From an uncultured Verrucomicrobiota bacterium (GTDB lineage: Bacteria; Verrucomicrobiota; Verrucomicrobiia; Limisphaerales; CAIMTB01): a stretch of 64,000 nt of DNA. Location of the stretch: positions 105,206-169,205 of the forward strand of contig CAYMDA010000003.1 of assembly GCA_964389135.1 (NCBI GenBank), read 5' to 3'. The notes below the pieces were generated by a model. It searched no databases, was not told the DNA's origin, and was given only the letters and a program-made list of their open reading frames with translations. How positions within the stretch are numbered: position 1 is the stretch's first letter; every line of letters begins with the position of its first letter. Shown piece after piece: positions 18,322 through 24,533 of the stretch. The position numbers and the translations under genes were made by a program.

Positions 18322-19497
18322 ATGCCGGGCGTCCTGAAGGGTCAGATCGGAATCCGCCCGCCGGGCGCGCTGGGAGTCGCCTGCTTCTATCATCTGACCC
18401 GCGGACTCCGTGACTGCGCCGGCGTCCGGTTCCTCCTCCGGCGCGGCGGCGAAAGCGCGCGCGCGCTCACGGCCGCCGGGCAGATCGACGTCCAAGGACC
18501 CGAGGACGCCGAGCCCATCCATCTTGACCTGCGCGACCTCCTGTTGCCCGACCTGCCCGCGTGCTGGCAGCACGGCACCCTGCCCGAGATCGTCCTCGCG
18601 TGCCCCAACCCGGACCAGCTCCTCGGCATTCTCGACGAAATGGTCGCGGTTACGGAACGCGCGCACGCCGAGGACCTGCTGAAAGTGCCCGCCCCCCCCC
18701 TGCCCATGGTCGTGCTCTGTTCCAACGGCATCTACTTTCAGCGCCTGCGCCAGCTCTTCGTGGAACGCCTCGAGGAGTCCACCCTCATGGGACGTCTCCC
18801 GGACCTGTGGCCGTCGCTGATGCCGCGGATCGTCAGCCGGCTCCTGCGCGGAATCACCCTGCAGACCGGCGTCCGCGTCGAAAGGAACGGTCGCCCCTTC
18901 TATCGCCCCGGCCCCATGGGTCCCACGTATCTCGCCGGCGGCGACTCCCTCACCCGCCATCACTGCGCATCCATCCTCCGCGCGCGCGGAGGCGTCTTCG
19001 AAGTCTCCCCCCACGGATCGGCAACACGCCTCGAGTTCGACAAGGCGATGATCAACCTCGTGAGCAACCTGCTCGGCCAGATCCTCGCCGTCGGTCCCGA
19101 CGGACGGTTCCGGCGAATGACCGTCGGCGAGATTCACCAGGCCGCCGGCGAGCCCATGATCCGGGAACTCGTGCAGCATGTGCTCGAGGTCGGACGGGCC
19201 GTGCGCGTCTATCCCCCCGGGGAAGCCGCCGAAACCCACATGGCCCGCCTGCGGGCCTCCGCCGAGCGCCACGGCAACCACGTGCCCTCCAGTTTGCAAT
19301 GGCTCGACCTGAAACTCCGCCATGACGGAGACGCCGCGGGACTCACGCCCACGGAGGCATGGCTGCTCGATCCCCTCATCCGCTATGCCCGATCCGCGGG
19401 ACTCGAGGACTCCGCGAGTTACTTCGAGGGCCTGCGCAGACGCCTGATGCAGAAGCTCGAGCAAGCCTCCCGGGCGCGCGAGTCCTCTCCGTCCTGA
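18322..19497 (+). CDS. hypothetical oxidoreductase, distantly ketopantoate reductase (ApbA/PanE)-like
   Basis: N-terminal IGIRPPGALGVACFY (Rossmann-like), central EFDKAMINLVSNLLG, and C-terminal SSLQWL...TPTEAWLLDPLIRYA resemble the KPR family pattern (W.K...N...N.l, S..qD...g..TE....G.i). Weak by-eye similarity only. Confidence 0.4.
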   Translation: MPGVLKGQIGIRPPGALGVACFYHLTRGLRDCAGVRFLLRRGGESARALTAAGQIDVQGPEDAEPIHLDLRDLLLPDLPACWQHGTLPEIVLACPNPDQLLGILDEMVAVTERAHAEDLLKVPAPPLPMVVLCSNGIYFQRLRQLFVERLEESTLMGRLPDLWPSLMPRIVSRLLRGITLQTGVRVERNGRPFYRPGPMGPTYLAGGDSLTRHHCASILRARGGVFEVSPHGSATRLEFDKAMINLVSNLLGQILAVGPDGRFRRMTVGEIHQAAGEPMIRELVQHVLEVGRAVRVYPPGEAAETHMARLRASAERHGNHVPSSLQWLDLKLRHDGDAAGLTPTEAWLLDPLIRYARSAGLEDSASYFEGLRRRLMQKLEQASRARESSPS

Positions 19498-19707
19498 AAG
19501 CACCGCACCTCACGGTTGCATCTTGCAGGAATCCACTTGCAACCGGGATAAACGAATCCCTTAAATCCAGCTCGTAGCCCAACGCACTTACGCCCATCTG
19601 GCAGCCAGATAGGTCATGCACGCATCCGGCTGCCGATCCGGATGGGTCACACCTGGTGAATCGAATCCGCTGTCGATGAAGGGATCGCAGGGACCGGAGA
19701 AAAGTCC

Positions 19708-20529
19708 ATGCCGGCGCGTGTGCGTTCCAAAACGACCGGAACAGAGGGAGGGCCTGGAGATTCTATGGACGCGCAAAATGGACAGAGCACGGTCTGGCAT
19801 CGTGGCGTGAACGAAGGCAATGCCGCGGATCACGGCCTACCCTGCGGTTCCGGAGCGGAGACGCGACCGGGCCGGGCCCCTGCAGGGCTCGCGATCTCGG
19901 CACTGGCCGTGGTTTTCCTCATGGCTTCTGCGGGGGCGATGGGCCAGGCCTTCACGCTTTTCGTGGACATCAAGACGGTGAGCGAGAGAGGGGCCGACGC
20001 CGAGTCGTCCCCCCTCCAGGCGAGGCTGTTCCTGTCGAACGAATCCCCCGCACCTCCCGGCACGGCTCTCTGGTTCCTGGTGGACACCCACCGAAACGGC
20101 CTCGCGCTCGAAGGATTGTCCCCGCGGACCGACGTCCGGATGAGCGAGATCCTCGGCCTCGACGACTTCGTGCTGCTGCAGGATCGGGTGGACGGTGACC
20201 AGCCGGGCACATGGCTGGGCGGGTATCGTCGCATGAACCAGGAGATCGAGCTCCCCGCCGGCCTCACCCTCGACGCGTTGGGCCAGGGCAACATCTACGC
20301 CCTCCTCTGGGACGACATGAGCTTCGGGCCCCAACCCGCCGAAGGATCCAGGTTCGGGATCCTGAACATCGGCGTAAACCCGCTTCCGGCGGAGGGCAAC
20401 GTGTTCTGGGCCATCGACCAGAACCTGGTTGCCGGCTCCTTCACGCTCGTGCCCGAGCCGGAGCTGGCCCTTGCCGGTGCCGCGGGCATCCTCGGGCTGT
20501 GGGCGGCAAGCCGGCGCCTGCGGCGCTGA
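19708..20529 (+). CDS. PEP-CTERM sorting domain-containing secreted protein
   Basis: C-terminus FTLVPEPELALAGAAGILGLWAASRRLRR contains a VPEP motif, a TM helix and a basic tail. Internal hydrophobic signal LAISALAVVFLMASAGAMGQA. GGAGA lies 7 nt upstream of ATG 19708, but the long N-region means a later start (e.g. ATG 19765) is possible. Confidence 0.75.
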   Translation: MPARVRSKTTGTEGGPGDSMDAQNGQSTVWHRGVNEGNAADHGLPCGSGAETRPGRAPAGLAISALAVVFLMASAGAMGQAFTLFVDIKTVSERGADAESSPLQARLFLSNESPAPPGTALWFLVDTHRNGLALEGLSPRTDVRMSEILGLDDFVLLQDRVDGDQPGTWLGGYRRMNQEIELPAGLTLDALGQGNIYALLWDDMSFGPQPAEGSRFGILNIGVNPLPAEGNVFWAIDQNLVAGSFTLVPEPELALAGAAGILGLWAASRRLRR

Positions 20530-20542
20530 GACTCCCCGCCAC

Positions 20543-21367
20543 TCAGGGCGATCGGAAGAACGGGTTCACCGCCTTCTGCTCTCCCACGGTGGTGAGGGGA
20601 CCATGCCCCGGGCAGATCAGGGTGTCATCCGGCAGGCTGAGAATCTGCGACTGGACGCGCTCCCGCGCCAGCCGGCCGTTGTTCGGGGCACCGCCGATGG
20701 ACCCCGCGAAGATCGCATCCCCCACGACGGCGGCCGCTCCCCCGCCCGGGAACTCGAGCACATAGGTGACGCCGTCCGCGGCGTGCCCGGGCGTCTCGCG
20801 ATGGGTGATGCGCAGGCCGCCCAGCTCGATCACCTCGCCGGGTGAGTTCCTTGCGCGCGCCGGCGCGCCGGCGGCGCTGGTTCGAAGCGCGGCGTCGCCC
20901 GCGCGGGCACGCACGGCCTCGAGGGCATGCACATGATCGTAGTGGGTGTGGGTGATCATGATGTACTCGAGGTGGAGATTCTCGGCGGCAACGATGCGGA
21001 AGATCGCGTCGGCATCGAAGCCGGTGTCGAACAGGACCGCGCGTCGGGACGCAGCATCCCACGCGAGGTAGCAGTGGACGCTCATGCGTTCATCGCGGGA
21101 CGAGATCTGCCGCAGGAACGGCCACCGCGCCGGATCGACCGGATCCGGCTGCCATCCCTCCGCGACGCGCCGAAGCTTGTCCGGATCGAGGTCGAGGCAG
21201 GCGGCGATTCCGTTCCAGTCGATCTTCTCCGGAGGAACGCCGGAGTCCTCGAAGGCGGCCAGTTCGGCAGGCGAGATTCCCCCTGCCCGGGCGGAATCCG
21301 CGGGGGCGATGCCCGCCATGAGACGGGCCTTGCGCACGACGTCGCCGGCATGATCTTCAAGGCTCAT
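20543..21367 (-). CDS. MBL-fold metallo-hydrolase with N-terminal HTH-like extension
   Basis: HTHYDHVHA (HxHxDH), TPGHAADG and CPGHGP metal-ligand motifs of the glyoxalase II-like MBL fold. About 80 N-terminal residues (VRKARLMAGI...GISPAELAAFEDSG) resemble an XRE-type HTH. Confidence 0.75.
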   Translation of the reverse strand: MSLEDHAGDVVRKARLMAGIAPADSARAGGISPAELAAFEDSGVPPEKIDWNGIAACLDLDPDKLRRVAEGWQPDPVDPARWPFLRQISSRDERMSVHCYLAWDAASRRAVLFDTGFDADAIFRIVAAENLHLEYIMITHTHYDHVHALEAVRARAGDAALRTSAAGAPARARNSPGEVIELGGLRITHRETPGHAADGVTYVLEFPGGGAAAVVGDAIFAGSIGGAPNNGRLARERVQSQILSLPDDTLICPGHGPLTTVGEQKAVNPFFRSP

Positions 21368-21504
21368 GGGCGGAGGTTATCGGCGGTGGGACGCGCCGGT
21401 CGAGTCGATCGGCCTCCCGGCCCGCACCGCATCCGGGTTCCCGCCGGCGCTCGGCAGGCGGTTGCCCCGCGCCCGGAATCCGCATAGTCTTCTGATGCTC
21501 TTCC

Positions 21505-22155
21505 ATGGAAAAGCCGCGGATCCTGATCATCGAGGACGACGACCTGCAGGCGGAGATCTACGAGGACGCGCTCTCCGATTTCGAACGGTTCCGGGCGCGA
21601 ACCGGGCGGGAGGCCCTTTCGATCCTGCCGCAGGCCGCGCCGCACCTGATCCTGCTGGATCACATTCTTGATGACGGCGACCACGGACTCGATTACCTGC
21701 CCGAGCTGAAGGAAGCGATGCCGCATGTGCCGATCGTGGTGATCAGCGGGGCCATGGACATCAGCGAGCAGATGGAGGCGCTGCAGGGTCCGCGGCGGGC
21801 GCACTACTGCCTGACAAAGCCCGTGGACCTCCATGACCTCCGCCGAACGGTGGACACCGCGCTGAAGGAATGCGGTGAGACCGAGATCGTCCGGTCGTTC
21901 GAGTCCCTCGAGCGGTCACGCCGCTCGGACATCCACGACCTGCTCAGCCGGTCCACCGACCGGCTCAGCCGACAGAATGAGATCCTGCGACTGGTGAAGG
22001 ATACGACCACGCGCCCGAACATCTCCGCGCTTGCGCGGAGGTTCAACGTGGCGCGGCGGACCATCATCCGGGATCTCCACGAACTGATCCGCCGCGGCCA
22101 GTTGCCGGCAGAGGTCTATCCTCGCTGGGACGCAGACGCGCTGGACGACGTGTGA
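21505..22155 (+). CDS. response regulator with C-terminal DeoR/HTH_11-like DNA-binding domain
   Basis: REC domain: ILIIEDDD, phospho-acceptor context HLILLDHIL, VVISGA, CLTKP. C-terminal ISALARRFNVARRTIIRDLHELIRRG is a winged-HTH of DeoR type. Confidence 0.75.
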   Translation: MEKPRILIIEDDDLQAEIYEDALSDFERFRARTGREALSILPQAAPHLILLDHILDDGDHGLDYLPELKEAMPHVPIVVISGAMDISEQMEALQGPRRAHYCLTKPVDLHDLRRTVDTALKECGETEIVRSFESLERSRRSDIHDLLSRSTDRLSRQNEILRLVKDTTTRPNISALARRFNVARRTIIRDLHELIRRGQLPAEVYPRWDADALDDV

Positions 22156-22367
22156 CGAACGGCGGCCTCCGCTGCTGCCGTCGGCAGGACCGCCGAAGGG
22201 ACGGCCGCCGCGGGCCGCGTCTGGGAAACATTCCGGATCTGGCGCTCGGCCAGCAGCCAGAATTCCTCCTCCCGGCCCGCCGGGGATCCGGCCTGCTCCC
22301 AGAGCCGGAACGCCAACCGGGAGGTCCTGTCACCGATCGAACTGGTGGGTTCGGGTTCGGGGTTCAT
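22116..22367 (-). CDS. DUF2934 domain-containing small protein
   Basis: RLAFRLWEQAGSPAGREEEFWLLAERQI matches the DUF2934 core (A...W...G.P.G....dW..AE). Start set at the internal ATG (MNPEPEP). The 3' end overlaps the convergent response-regulator gene by 40 nt. Confidence 0.6.
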   Translation of the reverse strand: MNPEPEPTSSIGDRTSRLAFRLWEQAGSPAGREEEFWLLAERQIRNVSQTRPAAAVPSAVLPTAAAEAAVRHTSSSASASQRG

Positions 22368-22483
22368 GGGGTCAGGACAAGTCAGCTGTTGCACTTGGAG
22401 ACCCGCCGCACCGCAATTGCGTTCTCCTCCGTGGAGACTGCGGGTCTGGGGGGCCGACAGTAGCCCGTCGGACGGCGTCGTGA

Positions 22484-22524
22484 ATCGTGGCGGACCATGA
22501 TTCTGCGATCATGGGATCCACGAT
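22484..22524 (-). other. nested inverted repeat (two-tier hairpin) between the LuxR-type regulator gene and the DUF2934 gene
   Basis: ATCGTGG (22484-22490) pairs with CCACGAT (22518-22524). CCATGAT (22495-22501) pairs with ATCATGG (22508-22514). Apical loop is TCTGCG. The stems are AT-rich for this genome. The structure begins 24 nt downstream of the regulator stop at 22548. Confidence 0.35.
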
Positions 22525-22547
22525 GCCCGCGCGGCTCCGGATGTCGG

Positions 22548-23333
22548 TCAGGAGGCCGCCTGGACGGGACGACTCGGCCGCGACACGCCGGGAGCCTTGC
22601 CGGCGTTCGGTCCCTGCACCGCCACGCGCCCCGCATCCGATGAAGGAAGGGTTCTGTCGGTGACCCACTGCACGGCGCGCTGAACGAGTTCCACGCCGTT
22701 CCTGAACCCCAGCTTGTCCTTGATGTGCGCGCGATGGGTTTCCACCGTGCTGACACTGATGTGCAGCGCGGCAGCGATCTCGCGGGTGCCCTGCCCCATC
22801 CCGAGCATTTCGAAGATCTCGAGTTCCCGGTTCGACAGGGAGTCGATCCCACCCGGGCCGGCGGTGTCGCGCGCGAGTCCGCTCAGAAGCCGGCCGCGAA
22901 TCTCGGGACTCACGAAGACCTCTCCCCCGATCACCTCGCGAATGGCCTGGAGGAGGACCGCCATGGGCGAGTGCTTCAGCACGTATCCGCGCGCGCCGGC
23001 CTGGAGCGCGCGCCGGGCGAAAATGGTTTCCTCGAGCGCGGAAAAGACCAGAAGGGCAACCTCGGGATGGCTCGAGTGCAGGTTCCGTATGAACTGCAGG
23101 CCGGCGCCGTCCGCGAAGGCGAAGTCAACGATCACGAGGTCCGGCTTCGTGCGGGCGATGGCCGAGAGCGCGTCCGTGACATTGCCGGCCTCCCCGCAGA
23201 CCTCGAGATCGGGTTCGTCGCGGATGAGGTGAACGAGTCCGTTGCGCGTCACGGGCTGGTCTTCGATGACCATGATGCGCACGCGCGCGGATGGCAGGAG
23301 CCGGGAATTGCGTTCGGAGCGCCTCTTCGTCAT
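22548..23333 (-). CDS. NarL/FixJ (LuxR-type) response regulator
   Basis: REC domain (RIMVIEDQP, DLVIVDFAFADG, LVFSALEE, GYVLKHSP) followed by LSNRELEIFEMLGMGQGTREIAAALHISVSTVETHRAHIKDKLG, a GerE/LuxR HTH. Start set at the internal ATG (MTKRRS). Confidence 0.85.
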   Translation of the reverse strand: MTKRRSERNSRLLPSARVRIMVIEDQPVTRNGLVHLIRDEPDLEVCGEAGNVTDALSAIARTKPDLVIVDFAFADGAGLQFIRNLHSSHPEVALLVFSALEETIFARRALQAGARGYVLKHSPMAVLLQAIREVIGGEVFVSPEIRGRLLSGLARDTAGPGGIDSLSNRELEIFEMLGMGQGTREIAAALHISVSTVETHRAHIKDKLGFRNGVELVQRAVQWVTDRTLPSSDAGRVAVQGPNAGKAPGVSRPSRPVQAAS

Positions 23334-23614
23334 GGGCTCGGCGGCGCGAACCGGGTGAATGGCGTCCCCCGTGGCAGCCTCCCCCGGAGCCCGCGCATGG
23401 CACAATTGAATCCGGGGGGAGGCTGGCTTCGCGGAGGTGATTGCGCAAGCGCGCGAAACTTCGGTTGTAGGGACTCCGGGAAGGATCTCCTTCATGGACT
23501 CGATGAATGGATCAGCGGGGCCGATGTCCCCCCCTGCCCGGCGCGGCCGCATTCACCGTCCGCGTTTCCGGTTCACGGTTGTCACGGACGCCGCTCGTGC
23601 GGAGATTCGTGAGG

Positions 23615-24490
23615 ATGAGCGACTCGCCTCAGGCGGAATTTCGTACGGGGATGGTGACCCTGCTCGGCCGGACCAACGTGGGGAAATCGACGCTGCTGAA
23701 CGCGCTCGTCGACGCGAAGATCTCAATCGTCACCCCGCGGCCGCAGACAACGCGGCACGCCATCCACGGGATCGTTCACCGCCCGGAAGGCCAGATCGTG
23801 TTCGTGGACACTCCGGGATTCTTCCGCACGCACCGGAGCCGGCTCGTGGACAAGCTGCACGTGCGGGCGCGTTCCGCCCTGTCGGATGTCGATGCCGTGG
23901 TCCACGTGGTGGATCCCACGCGCGCACCCGGGGAGGAGGACGAGATGGTCCGCCACGCCCTCGAGGCGGTCCGGTGCCCTCGTGTCCTTTGCATCAACAA
24001 GGTGGACGCCCGGCGCCGCCCGCACATGGAGGAGTGGCGCGGCACGGCTGGCTCGTACGCGGCGGTGGTGGAGTTGTCCGCGCTCGCCCGGCGCAACCTC
24101 GAAGCCCTGGTTCAGGTCCTGATGCCCCTCCTGCCCGTCGCGCCCCCGCTGTACTCGACGGATGAAATCACGAACGCTCACCGCGACTTCCGGATCGGCG
24201 AGATCATCCGCGAGAAGATCTACATGCGGACACGGGAGGAGGTTCCCTATCGGACGGCCATCCGCGTGGACGAGGTCACCACGGCACCCGGGGGAGCCAA
24301 GGGGCCCATGGACGTGGTGCGCGCGACCATCCTCGTGGCGGATGAACGCTACAAGGGCATCTTGATCGGCAAGGGCGGCCAGATGATCAAGGAGATCGGG
24401 ACGGCGGCGCGCATGGACCTCCAGGGGATGCTCGGCCGGCGGGTGGTGCTGGAGCTCCGGGTCCGCGTGGACGCGCGGCTGCCCGAGTGA
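23615..24490 (+). CDS. era: GTPase Era
   Basis: GRTNVGKSTLLNAL (G1), TPRPQTTR, FVDTPG (G3), INKVD (G4), and a C-terminal KH domain with GKGGQMIKEIG. Start set at the internal ATG (MSDSPQ). Confidence 0.9.
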   Translation: MSDSPQAEFRTGMVTLLGRTNVGKSTLLNALVDAKISIVTPRPQTTRHAIHGIVHRPEGQIVFVDTPGFFRTHRSRLVDKLHVRARSALSDVDAVVHVVDPTRAPGEEDEMVRHALEAVRCPRVLCINKVDARRRPHMEEWRGTAGSYAAVVELSALARRNLEALVQVLMPLLPVAPPLYSTDEITNAHRDFRIGEIIREKIYMRTREEVPYRTAIRVDEVTTAPGGAKGPMDVVRATILVADERYKGILIGKGGQMIKEIGTAARMDLQGMLGRRVVLELRVRVDARLPE

Positions 24491-24533
24491 TGACGCCCCC
24501 CGGCGGGCAACGGCGCGCCCCCGGGGCGGCGAG

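Noticed and set aside
19511-19530. Sigma-54-like GG-N-GC element (CACGGTTGCATCTTGCAGG), and TGGCACAATTG near 23398
   Set aside because: The GG/GC spacing is one nucleotide off consensus in the first. The second has a good TGGCAC but no TTGC at the -12 position. No sigma-54 activator gene is nearby.
19640-19670. tRNA-like T-loop string (GGTGAATCGAATCC)
   Set aside because: The flanking bases cannot form the 5-bp T-stem, and no acceptor or anticodon arms could be drawn. A similar string near 37838 (GAGGTTCGAATGCC) also lacks a stem. I found no tRNA gene in the window.
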